Numbered from the stretch's first letter, positions 16,974 through 25,645 are shown. The stretch: DNA of 38,094 nt from Patescibacteria group bacterium (GCA_038064295.1 JBBTTH010000021.1:1-38094), one strand, 5' to 3'. Notes: generated from the letters alone by a model not told the origin. Program-made: numbers and translations.

Positions 16974-17444
16974 ATGCGTAGAAAAGTAAACATAAAGCAC
17001 GACCTCGTTCTAGACCAAAAATATCAGTCAGTCAAAATTTCAAAACTGATGAATTACATCATGTACGACGGCAAGAAAAACCTGGCCAGAACAAATGTAT
17101 ATAAATGCTTTGACATCATAAAAGAAAAAACCAAAACGGAAAATCCGTTGGATGTTTTTGAAGCGGCCCTGAAAAACACAGCGCCGAATGTAGAAGTGCG
17201 CTCTAGGCGTGTCGGAGGCGCAAACTATCAGATTCCCGTGGAGGTCAGACCGGAGCGGCGTCAGGCTCTCTCCATAAAATGGATCATAGACGCCGCCAGA
17301 AACAAGAAGGGCGCACCGATTTCAGCAAAACTGGCCGATGAAATAATCGCTGCCTCCAAAAACGAGGGCGATGCCGTAAAGAAAAAGGAAAACACCCATA
17401 AAATGGCCGAAGCCAACAAAGCTTTTGCCCACTTTGCATGGTAA
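16974..17444 (+). CDS. rpsG: 30S ribosomal protein S7.
   Basis: VEVRSRRVGGANYQIPVEVRPERR matches the S7 pattern. Confidence 0.97.
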   Translation: MRRKVNIKHDLVLDQKYQSVKISKLMNYIMYDGKKNLARTNVYKCFDIIKEKTKTENPLDVFEAALKNTAPNVEVRSRRVGGANYQIPVEVRPERRQALSIKWIIDAARNKKGAPISAKLADEIIAASKNEGDAVKKKENTHKMAEANKAFAHFAW

Positions 17445-17479
17445 TTGGGATTATAATCAGAGCTTATAAAATTTAAACT

Positions 17480-19624
17480 ATGAACCGCGACTACCCGTTG
17501 GACAAAGTCAGAAACTTCGGAGTTATTGCTCATATTGATGCCGGTAAGACAACCACATCGGAGCGCATTTTGTATTACACGGGTATGATTCACAAAATCG
17601 GCGAAGTACACGAAGGTGAAACCACTACAGATTGGATGGAACAAGAGCGCGAGCGAGGTATTACCATCACCGCAGCGGCCATCACCTGTTTCTGGAATCC
17701 GACTTATATGCCGGCCGGCGATACTTCAAAAAAATGCCGTTTCAACGTCATAGATACGCCCGGGCATATAGATTTTACGGTGGAAGTAAAGCGTTCTCTG
17801 CGCGTCCTGGACGGCGCCGTCGTAGTATTTGACGGTGTGGCCGGCGTGGAGCCACAATCGGAAACAAACTGGCGCTATGCCGACGAATCAAACGTACCTC
17901 GCATCTGTTTCATAAACAAACTTGACCGTATGGGCGCCTCTTTTGAGAAATCCTACAAATCAATTCTTGAACGTCTGAACAAACGCGCCGTGCGCATTCA
18001 AATCCCCATGGGGGCGGAAGAAAATCTCCGAGGCGTCATAGACCTGGTCCGTATGAAAGCGTACATATTTGAAGGAGAAAAAGGCGAGAAAGTCATAGAG
18101 AGTGAAATTCCCGCCGAGTATGCCGAAGAGGCGAAAAAATATCGCGCCGAAATGATTGAAAAAATCGCCGAGACTGACGATTCGCTCATGACGGCGTATC
18201 TGGAGGGCAAAGTATTTGAAATGGACACGATAAAGAAAGGCCTGCGCAAAGCCACTCTGGCCTGCAAGATGTTTCCCGTCATAACCGGCTCGGCTCTGAA
18301 AAACAAAGGCGTTCAGCTAGTTCTAGACGCAGTCGTGGATTATTTACCTTCACCTCTCGATATTCCGCCGGTAAAAGGTCACCATCCGGAAACGGGTGAG
18401 GAGGTTATCCGCCATGCCGATGACAGCGAGCCTTTTTCCGCTCTGGCATTCAAATTGCAGAATGACCCTTTCGTCGGCCAGCTCACATTTTTCCGCGTCT
18501 ATTCGGGAACGGTGGAAGCCGGCTCGTACATATATAATGCCACGACAGGCAAGCGCGAGCGCCTCTCCCGCATCGTCCGTCTCCAGGCGGACAAACGCGA
18601 AGAAGTAACCAAAGTTTTTTCCGGCGAGATCGCGGCGGCCGTGGGACTGAGAGACGCTCTCACTTCTCATACTCTCTGCGACGAAAACAACCCGATTATT
18701 TTGGAAGTCATAAAATTCATGGACCCCGTGGTGTCTTTGCGTATAGAGCCGGCCACAAAGGCCGACCAGGAGAAGATGGGTACGGCCCTGCGCAAACTGG
18801 CGAACGAAGACCCGACATTCCGCATCACCTCAAATGCCGAGACGGGCGAGACTTTGATTGCCGGCATGGGAGAACTCCACTTGGAAATCATGGTTGACCG
18901 CATGAAGCGCGAATTCGGTGTCAACACGAATGTCGGCAAGCCTCAGGTGGCGTATCGCGAGACTATCATAGGCACGGCCGAGGCGGAACAGAAATACATA
19001 AAGCAGTCCGGAGGCAAAGGCCAGTATGGGCATGTCAAAATCACGTTGAAGCCTCTGCCGGCTCTGGTGGAAGGAGAAAAGATTCCGAAAAACACAAAAC
19101 GCTATGATGATTTTGAATTTATAAACTCCATTAAAGGCGGGGTCATTCCAAACGAATTCATTCCGGCGGTTGAAAAAGGCGTGCGCGAAGCCATGGACCG
19201 CGGTATCGTAGCCGGTTATAAAATGGTAAATATTTCCTGTGAACTTACATACGGTTCGTATCACGACGTGGACTCCAGCGAAATCGCTTACAAAATTGCT
19301 GCTTCCCAAGCTTTCCAAGACGGCGCAAAACGAGCCCGACCGGTCATCCTGGAACCCATCATGAAAATAGAAGTTGTCTCTCCGGAGAAATTCATGGGTG
19401 ATATCATCGGATCTCTCTCCGCAAAACGCGGACAAATAGAGAGTACAAATCCAAAAGGCCAAGTTCTCTCTATCATTGCCAAAGTGCCTCTGGCGGAAAT
19501 GTTCGGCTACACCACAGCTCTCCGTTCTATGACTAGCGGCCAAGGCAGTTCACAGATGGAATTTGATCACTATGAAGTAGTGCCGCCGCAAGTGGAAAAG
19601 GCGATTGTTGAGTCTAGGAAATAA
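17480..19624 (+). CDS. fusA: Elongation factor G.
   Basis: G domain motifs AHIDAGKTT, DTPGHIDF and NKLDR are present, within a 714-aa EF-G architecture. Confidence 0.97.
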   Translation: MNRDYPLDKVRNFGVIAHIDAGKTTTSERILYYTGMIHKIGEVHEGETTTDWMEQERERGITITAAAITCFWNPTYMPAGDTSKKCRFNVIDTPGHIDFTVEVKRSLRVLDGAVVVFDGVAGVEPQSETNWRYADESNVPRICFINKLDRMGASFEKSYKSILERLNKRAVRIQIPMGAEENLRGVIDLVRMKAYIFEGEKGEKVIESEIPAEYAEEAKKYRAEMIEKIAETDDSLMTAYLEGKVFEMDTIKKGLRKATLACKMFPVITGSALKNKGVQLVLDAVVDYLPSPLDIPPVKGHHPETGEEVIRHADDSEPFSALAFKLQNDPFVGQLTFFRVYSGTVEAGSYIYNATTGKRERLSRIVRLQADKREEVTKVFSGEIAAAVGLRDALTSHTLCDENNPIILEVIKFMDPVVSLRIEPATKADQEKMGTALRKLANEDPTFRITSNAETGETLIAGMGELHLEIMVDRMKREFGVNTNVGKPQVAYRETIIGTAEAEQKYIKQSGGKGQYGHVKITLKPLPALVEGEKIPKNTKRYDDFEFINSIKGGVIPNEFIPAVEKGVREAMDRGIVAGYKMVNISCELTYGSYHDVDSSEIAYKIAASQAFQDGAKRARPVILEPIMKIEVVSPEKFMGDIIGSLSAKRGQIESTNPKGQVLSIIAKVPLAEMFGYTTALRSMTSGQGSSQMEFDHYEVVPPQVEKAIVESRK

Positions 19625-19647
19625 AGTAGTATAATAAAAAGGTGAAA

Positions 19648-20058
19648 ATGGGAATGAAAAATCACTCTATATTTATCCAAGTGTTGGTTGTTTTTATTCT
19701 CAGTGTTTTTGCCTTTATATCCAATGTCTTTGCCGATTGGAATCCACCGACACAATCTCCTCCGGGCGATAATGCTACTTCTCCTCTCAATATATCAAAT
19801 ATAGCCCAATCAAAAATCGGCGGGCTTTTGCTCAATACCGGCGGTGCTCAGTATGGTCTCATCGTTCAATCGGGAAAAGTCGGCATAGGTACCGCCAGTC
19901 CGCAAGCGACACTAGATGTCAGTGGCACCATAAAAATGAGTCCGACATCTTCTTCTCGCGCCGGACGAATGGCCTGCTGGACGGACCAGAATTTGCTCGG
20001 CTATTGCCTACTGGGAGCGGCAAATGGAACATATTGTTTTAATTGTGTTACGCAGTAG
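19648..20058 (+). CDS. Small secreted protein with a Cys-rich C-terminus. Function unknown.
   Basis: A signal peptide ends in ..NVFA|DW. Motifs include PPTQSPPGDNATSPLN and GKVGIGTASPQATLDVSG, and the C-terminus reads C-x10-C-x10-C-x2-C. An RBS aaaaggtga lies upstream. The track ORF starts at GTG 19642. Confidence 0.6.
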   Translation: MGMKNHSIFIQVLVVFILSVFAFISNVFADWNPPTQSPPGDNATSPLNISNIAQSKIGGLLLNTGGAQYGLIVQSGKVGIGTASPQATLDVSGTIKMSPTSSSRAGRMACWTDQNLLGYCLLGAANGTYCFNCVTQ

Positions 20059-20113
20059 TTACCATACCCGCGACACTTGACGGATTCATAGGAGTATGCT
20101 AGTATAACAAAGT

Positions 20114-20137
20114 AGAGCCTGAAATAAGGCTCTTTTT
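20114..20137 (+). terminator. Intrinsic terminator after the small secreted-protein gene.
   Basis: agagcct-gaaata-aggctct is followed by tttt. Confidence 0.6.
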
Positions 20138-20213
20138 GCTCTTTGAAAAATTGTGTGAAAAAACCGGGCATTTCGTCTGGGTTTTGAGCCGTTTTCTTTG
20201 GGCTGAATTTGTC

Positions 20214-20447
20214 ATGAAAAAACTCCGCCAAAAAATAAAGGAAATTAGTCTAATCATCATGGTCCTGGCGATTCTCGCCGGTACCATTTGGATGTTCTAT
20301 CGCAATCTCGTCGAAATCTGTAAGACCGAGGGCGAGATTAGAAATCAGTCGACCAAAACCAAGTCCGTCACGACCAACAAAGTCAATGATGGTAAGGTTG
20401 AGGTCGTCTTCCAAGGTGTCATGCCGGAAATGAAAAAGCCGGAATAA
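20214..20447 (+). CDS. 77-aa single-pass membrane protein, hypothetical.
   Basis: MKKLRQKIKE is followed by the TM segment ISLIIMVLAILAGTIWMF. Composition resembles that of the downstream GC-rich gene. Confidence 0.45.
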   Translation: MKKLRQKIKEISLIIMVLAILAGTIWMFYRNLVEICKTEGEIRNQSTKTKSVTTNKVNDGKVEVVFQGVMPEMKKPE

Positions 20448-20510
20448 CACTAATTGATCTATCAGTCAAACAACTCAAGTCAGTCAACCCAGAAAACAAA
20501 ATCAGAAACC

Positions 20511-21659
20511 ATGAAAGCGAAATTCATCAGTTCAATCGTGGCGCTCCTCGTAGCGCTTTGCTTCAGTAATGTTATGTCAGCGGCCGATGTTGCTCCGCCG
20601 TCGCCGGTGGTTCCGACACCGGTGATCGCCACTTCGGTGACAATCAGGCCGACGACGCCAATCCAGACGTCGGGTCAGGCAAACCTGCCGCCGCCCCCCA
20701 CGACACTCCCGATTGCTTCAAAAGCGAAGCTCCAGGCGTTCGCGGAAGCCTTGGTTAACCAGATCTATGTCAGCAACTGGTCAACCTCGGCGGCACCGAC
20801 AGAAACCGGTAACACGTACGCCGTTGCAAATTATACGGGTACCGATGTTGACACTGACCGCATGGCGGCCGTCGCAAGTGCACAGAAATTGACCTACCGC
20901 GTCGACCCACGGGATACAATACAGGTTGACGTAACCTATTCCTGGCTCACACCAGACAAGAGGTTCAACTTCACGTTGTTCGTTGCCAATTCGAGCTTCA
21001 AGCTCGAACAAAAGACGCCTAACAGTGAAGCCTGGACGGTACCAACGGCCGCATATAAGATGACCATAGAATCAATGAATTGGGTACCGGTGTCAGTACC
21101 GGGTATCCAAGATGCCTACTGGGAATCCAAGGACGGTAACGGCAACATCACTGGCTATTATAGTTTTAGCCAGGCGGGTCGGATCAACTCGGACAGTGGG
21201 TTCTTGATCCTTGGCAATGATGTCGTCGCAAGGACGGGTTCGTTGTACATCACCCGTACCGATGGGTCAAAGCTGGTCTATGGTATGGCCGACGGGGTTC
21301 TGCAACCCACGACATCGGTCACGGCGACCGGATTCACTCCGCAGATGAAGGGTACACGATCACTGCTGGATGATACGACCAATGTGGTATATCAACCCGG
21401 AGATCAGTTGCTGCAGATCAGATTCACGAAGAATATGGTCGGAACCATAACCTTCCCAACGGTTGCTAACGGAGAAATGCCGACCGCGGCAAGTTACGTC
21501 GATGGCGCGACATTATGGTCAAACCTCGAAGCGCCGTGGACCATGATTCGCCTCACGGTGCCGATGTTCGAAGCAAAGGCCGGTCAGCTGATAATCATTC
21601 GTTTTGATTATCGGAATACCAACCCGATGCCGAACAATGGGGGCGGTGGCAAAGGTTAA
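20511..21659 (+). CDS. 382-aa secreted protein with a Pro/Thr-rich linker, hypothetical. It is a compositional outlier.
   Basis: The signal peptide is MKAKFISSIVALLVALCFSNVMSA, followed by the linker APPSPVVPTPV...PPPPTT. I recognised no domain. It is visibly GC-richer than its flanks (one counted 60-nt stretch had 42 G+C). Confidence 0.7.
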   Translation: MKAKFISSIVALLVALCFSNVMSAADVAPPSPVVPTPVIATSVTIRPTTPIQTSGQANLPPPPTTLPIASKAKLQAFAEALVNQIYVSNWSTSAAPTETGNTYAVANYTGTDVDTDRMAAVASAQKLTYRVDPRDTIQVDVTYSWLTPDKRFNFTLFVANSSFKLEQKTPNSEAWTVPTAAYKMTIESMNWVPVSVPGIQDAYWESKDGNGNITGYYSFSQAGRINSDSGFLILGNDVVARTGSLYITRTDGSKLVYGMADGVLQPTTSVTATGFTPQMKGTRSLLDDTTNVVYQPGDQLLQIRFTKNMVGTITFPTVANGEMPTAASYVDGATLWSNLEAPWTMIRLTVPMFEAKAGQLIIIRFDYRNTNPMPNNGGGGKG

Positions 21660-21696
21660 TCGGCTCACAAAACGTTCTTTTTAAGTCAGTTCAAAA

Positions 21697-21724
21697 GCTG
21701 TTCTCACGGGAGGACGGCTTTTTT
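21697..21724 (+). terminator. Intrinsic terminator.
   Basis: A 9-bp stem gctgttctc/gaggacggc (two G-U pairs) with loop acgg is followed by tttttt. Confidence 0.65.
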
Positions 21725-21798
21725 CTTGTCTAAACGACATCAAGATTTTCAAGGTAAAACCTCGATATACTCCAATATTGTATATCCACATATCAATA

Positions 21799-21827
21799 TT
21801 TGACCATATTTTGTCTACATGCTAGAC
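21799..21827 (+). promoter_or_regulatory. Putative sigma70-type promoter TTGACC-17-TAGACT, only 7 nt upstream of the ATPase ATG (leaderless-type arrangement).
   Basis: Hexamers and spacing were read directly from the sequence. The atgctag context resembles the promoter-like site at 20077-20105. Confidence 0.4.
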
Positions 21828-21834
21828 TATAAAT

Positions 21835-22977
21835 ATGTATATAGAACGATTTCCAAAAATTGAAGATAAAATAGAGGCTGGAAAAGTTCTCGTTATTTAT
21901 GGCGCGCGACAAGTCGGCAAGTCTTCTCTTGTGAAAAATTATATTGAAAAACTTAAACTGAATAGATCGAATGAAAAACAGGCTTTTTTTAATGGTGAGG
22001 ATGTGAATGTGCAGGCGATTTTCTCCTCAATGAATTTAAAAACTTTAAATGAAGCGGTGGGAGATGTTTCACTTGTTATAATAGACGAGGCGCAGGTCGT
22101 TAGAAATATTGGTATTTCGCTCAAATTGCTCGTGGATACGAAACCCGAGCTAAAAATAATAGTGACAGGCTCATCTTCTTTTGAGCTTTCCGGACAGATA
22201 GGGGAGCCCCTGGTCGGCAGGATGAATATCATTAATCTTTTTCCTCTATGGGAAAAGGAAGTTAAAGATGCCAGTCTCTATGATTATATAACAGACCTTG
22301 ATTTTGCCCTGCGGTTTGGTCGATACCCGGCGGTTTTCAAAGAGCCTGTCGTAGAAAAGAAAAAAGAAATTGTCACCAATATCGTAAACGGTTATTTACT
22401 CAGAGATATTTTGGCTTTTGACAGGCTGAAAAATTCAAAATTGATTCTGGATATACTCAAACTCTTGGCATATCAGATAGGCAATGAAGTTTCTATACAC
22501 GAAATAGCGACCAAACTTTCCATAAATAGAGCGTCTGTTAGTAAATATTTGGATTTATTGGAACAGAACTTCATTATTTTTCCTCTCCGTGCATGGAGCA
22601 AAAACATGAGAAATGAAATCCGCAAAAAAGAAAAATATTATTTTTATGATCTCGGCATCCGAAATTCTCTGATAGAAAATTTTGACGCTTTGGATGTTCG
22701 TAACGACATCGGTGCATTGTGGGAAAACTTTTTGATTACAGAGAGGTTGAAATATAACAAGTATACAGACCCCTATAAATCGGTCTATTTTTGGCGCAAA
22801 TTGTCAGGCGCCGAGGTAGACTTTGTGGAAGTATACGCTGACCATATTGATGGCTATGAATTCTCTTTTACGGAGAAAAAAGGTAATAAATCAAGGTTTT
22901 CTTGGGTAGAGAGCTATAAAAATGCCACATGGATGAATATTCACAGAGAGAATTATAGAGATTTCGTAGGTGGATAA
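21835..22977 (+). CDS. AAA+ superfamily ATPase of the AAA_14 + DUF4143 type (COG1373-like).
   Basis: It has Walker A YGARQVGKSSL and Walker B LVIIDEAQ. The C-terminal region matches the architecture typical of this orphan ATPase family. The gene is AT-rich. Confidence 0.8.
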   Translation: MYIERFPKIEDKIEAGKVLVIYGARQVGKSSLVKNYIEKLKLNRSNEKQAFFNGEDVNVQAIFSSMNLKTLNEAVGDVSLVIIDEAQVVRNIGISLKLLVDTKPELKIIVTGSSSFELSGQIGEPLVGRMNIINLFPLWEKEVKDASLYDYITDLDFALRFGRYPAVFKEPVVEKKKEIVTNIVNGYLLRDILAFDRLKNSKLILDILKLLAYQIGNEVSIHEIATKLSINRASVSKYLDLLEQNFIIFPLRAWSKNMRNEIRKKEKYYFYDLGIRNSLIENFDALDVRNDIGALWENFLITERLKYNKYTDPYKSVYFWRKLSGAEVDFVEVYADHIDGYEFSFTEKKGNKSRFSWVESYKNATWMNIHRENYRDFVGG

Positions 22978-23021
22978 TGCCGAAATACACTTGTGGATAA
23001 CTTTCCTTGCGCTATGCGACT

Positions 23022-23030
23022 GGGGGGGGG
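23022..23030 (+). repeat. G9 homopolymer tract upstream of the large surface-protein gene.
   Basis: Nine consecutive G lie between the TTGCGC (23007-23012) and TACACT (23031-23036) hexamers. Confidence 0.9.
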
Positions 23031-23153
23031 TACACTTCATGGGTGAGTTTCGGTCCTCGAAATCTCGCCCAAACCGCTCGACTGTTTTGGGCGCGTTTTG
23101 TTGAAGGGGTTATTAAAAGAAAAATTATAAAAATAGGTATTGTTCCTAAAAAT

Positions 23154-25502
23154 ATGTCAAAGAAAATCGCAATTTCTGTCGTCTCGGTAGCGTTCCTCAT
23201 TAGCTTGTTTGGATTCGGCGCAGTCCGTTACGCGTCCGCTCAAAATCTGACCTTCACTCAAATCATAGATATTCTCATTGCCATAGGTGTCATTCCCGCC
23301 GACAAAATAGCGGCCGCCAGGGCGGCAGTGGCTGGTATTTCTGTCACTCCGTCTGCCACATCTGCCGCGACTACAACTACTCCATATACAACCGGCGTGC
23401 AATGCTCATCATCGGATTTCAGTACTGCTTTCAATGCGGCGGCCGTCAGGTTTGATATCGGAACTAACCCGGGCGGTAATTTCCAGCTTGTCACAGCCGG
23501 CAACGGTCGGACCGGGTCGGGCTATAAAGAATGCAAAATCTGGGTAGACTATTCCGTGCCCGCATTACAGCTCGGGAATGGCATATTCGTTGGCCCCGGG
23601 ACCAAAGAAGGCAACACTCTGGGTTTCGGCTCACGGGTAGTAGCTACCCCCTCGCAGACGGCACAGACGGTAACAAATACAAATAATCTGATTAAAGTTC
23701 TTTCACCAAACGGAGGGGAGACGTATAAAGTTGGCGACAGACTTTCTGTCAGTTGGACTCCTGGTGCTCCAGGTGTTCGTCAGATATCTCTTAACAGAGC
23801 GGACGGATATTCAAACAATATCATGGCTGTCGAAACAGCTAATACTTCAGGCATATTTTCTTTAACCATACCTTTAAATTTCCCTGCCGGACAGTATAAG
23901 GCTGTAATGTATTATTCTGATGCTGGACAAAATGAAGCTGACAGAAGTGATAATTATTTCACCATCACCGCTCCGCAGACGATAGTTCAACCTTCGGTCA
24001 CTATAACTGCACCTATAAGTGGACAAACATTAACACAAGGTCAGCAATACACGATCAGGTGGTCAAACGCCAATTTGCCATCAAACGCCGAACTTATTAT
24101 CATTGCTTTCAACGGTCCGACAGCCGATGGTATATATCCAAACAGAGTGATTGTTGGTAACTTGTCACCTAATACAACTTCGTATACATGGATTGTACAA
24201 TCTAATGATGGTACATGGCAAACGGGCCTCGGTGTAGGACCATTCACTCAAAAACTTGCACGTTTTTTAGGTATTGATATTGCGCATGCCTCGAGTAATC
24301 AATATACGATTGGTATTATTGCATCCAACAGCGATGTTGGACAATTAACGAAGGGTTCAAGCGGTGTTTTCGCTATCACCGCTCCGCTGACACAAACGAT
24401 CAGTGTAACCGCTCCTTTGGCCGGACAAGAATATAAGACTGGTAGTTATATACCGGTCAGTTTTACGTGGCCGGTCTATGGAAATACATATACTATCCAA
24501 TTGAGAGGAAAGGGCTATTCTTATGATCTGGGCACTGTCTATATAAATACAGCCACGGATCAGAGCAAAAACTCCTTCGTTCTACCGTCGTCGGTTCCAT
24601 CTTATGTTGGGTCGTTCAATGTGGTTATAATGTCTGGCAGAAACGACATAGCATATTCCCCAAGCTTCGCCATCACCGCTCCGCAGACGACAGTTGACAA
24701 CAACAAACCCGTAGGCTACCTGGATAACGTCAGCTGTAGCCTGTTTGCCGGCTGGGCCTATGACCCTGACGACACTTCCGCCCAGATAGGAGTCCATTTC
24801 TATGCCGGCGGCAGGGCGGGTGAAGGGGGCGTATTTATCGGCAGTGCAGTAGCAAACGTCTCCCGTCCCGACGTCAATTCAACCACGGGCGTGACAGGCA
24901 ACCACGGTTTCAGTTTCACCGTTCCACCATCATTGCATGACGGCGCCACTCACGCTATTTACGCCTACGGCATAAACAGCACCGGTTCCACCAATTTGAA
25001 CAATTCACTTCTGACACAGAGTCCGCTTTCCATGGGTGGATGTGCTACTCCAGCGGCAGTAGCTCCTGCCGCCACAGGCCCCATCATTAATTCATTTTCC
25101 GTTTCACCTCCATCCGTGACCAGGGGAGAGAACGTAACATGGAGCGGAACCGCGACGACACAGTCCGGGTATTGCATTACAAAACACAGAGCGATTGTCG
25201 TCGGTTCTCAAACGCCTTCTTGGAGGCTTGCTGACGAGCGTTGGACGGACTTGGGTTGCGTGCAATCGGTTCCGCTATCAGCTACTGTTAACACGGCTGT
25301 CAATCCTTATTCTTTCTACGAAGGCAAAACTTCATACGAAGTAATATGGCAGATAAAGGATTCAGCTGACAAAACCGCGTCAATGACTCAAACCGTCACG
25401 GTCAACCCCGCTCCGACAAGCATGAACACCGTCCAATCCAATCTCGGTAACGTATCCATATCATTTGAAGAGATTATGAGATTGATTAACGCTCTGAGGT
25501 AG
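23154..25502 (+). CDS. 782-aa secreted or cell-surface protein with tandem Ig-like modules.
   Basis: The signal peptide is MSKKIAISVVSVAFLISLFGFGAVRYASA. Repeated modules are delimited by ITAPQT / ITAPLTQT and each contains SP.GGE.YK.G..L.VSW-type strands. The C-terminal part carries a GWAYDPDD...HGFSF module and one further Ig-like domain. Confidence 0.8.
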   Translation: MSKKIAISVVSVAFLISLFGFGAVRYASAQNLTFTQIIDILIAIGVIPADKIAAARAAVAGISVTPSATSAATTTTPYTTGVQCSSSDFSTAFNAAAVRFDIGTNPGGNFQLVTAGNGRTGSGYKECKIWVDYSVPALQLGNGIFVGPGTKEGNTLGFGSRVVATPSQTAQTVTNTNNLIKVLSPNGGETYKVGDRLSVSWTPGAPGVRQISLNRADGYSNNIMAVETANTSGIFSLTIPLNFPAGQYKAVMYYSDAGQNEADRSDNYFTITAPQTIVQPSVTITAPISGQTLTQGQQYTIRWSNANLPSNAELIIIAFNGPTADGIYPNRVIVGNLSPNTTSYTWIVQSNDGTWQTGLGVGPFTQKLARFLGIDIAHASSNQYTIGIIASNSDVGQLTKGSSGVFAITAPLTQTISVTAPLAGQEYKTGSYIPVSFTWPVYGNTYTIQLRGKGYSYDLGTVYINTATDQSKNSFVLPSSVPSYVGSFNVVIMSGRNDIAYSPSFAITAPQTTVDNNKPVGYLDNVSCSLFAGWAYDPDDTSAQIGVHFYAGGRAGEGGVFIGSAVANVSRPDVNSTTGVTGNHGFSFTVPPSLHDGATHAIYAYGINSTGSTNLNNSLLTQSPLSMGGCATPAAVAPAATGPIINSFSVSPPSVTRGENVTWSGTATTQSGYCITKHRAIVVGSQTPSWRLADERWTDLGCVQSVPLSATVNTAVNPYSFYEGKTSYEVIWQIKDSADKTASMTQTVTVNPAPTSMNTVQSNLGNVSISFEEIMRLINALR

Positions 25503-25510
25503 ACATAGCA

Positions 25511-25611
25511 AAAAAAGCGGCGGATACAAAGTTCTCGTCGCTCGGAGAGGGACCCTTGGAAAGGGCACCCCTTGCTCCTCGCGACTCGAACTTTGTATCC
25601 GCCGCTTTTTT
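25511..25611 (+). terminator. 101-nt extended hairpin flanked by A6/T6 runs (family 1, copy 1). It is terminator-like and bidirectional.
   Basis: The arm aaaaaagcggcggatacaaagttc (25511-25534) pairs perfectly with 25588-25611. Pairing continues through gtcgc/gcgac, ggag/ctcc and the apical ccctt-gga-aaggg. Confidence 0.7.
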
Positions 25612-25617
25612 ATTTTA

Positions 25618-25645
25618 TTGACTTTGTTCGGCGGTCTGCTATGAT
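25618..25645 (+). promoter_or_regulatory. Putative promoter TTGACT-16-TATGAT for tuf.
   Basis: It starts 7 nt after the hairpin T-run and lies about 60 nt upstream of the tuf ATG. Confidence 0.5.

Noticed and set aside
18830-19543. 237-aa minus-strand ORF, plus several other antisense ORFs of 60-240 aa (for example 873-1400, 5448-6039, 9300-9902, 35282-35776, 36258-36983, 36988-37443).
   Set aside because: All lie entirely inside well-supported conserved genes on the opposite strand (fusA, pilC, tpiA, recJ, rplF, rpsE, rplO). Their translations are low-complexity and rich in Arg, Ser and Pro. They are typical shadow ORFs.
20077-20105. TTGACG-17-TAGTAT promoter-like site after the small secreted-protein gene.
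   Set aside because: A good terminator hairpin (20114-20137) starts about 9 nt after the -10. A promoter here would make only a ~30-nt transcript. The site is more likely fortuitous, or it belongs to the terminator region. I did not list it as a feature.
25511-25611. Possibility that the family 1 hairpins are tRNA-like or tRNA-derived, because of tcgaac near the 3-prime arm and gcgg.../...ccgc ends.
   Set aside because: The 16-24-bp perfectly paired arms and rod-like fold do not fit a cloverleaf. No D-arm or anticodon-arm equivalents are present.
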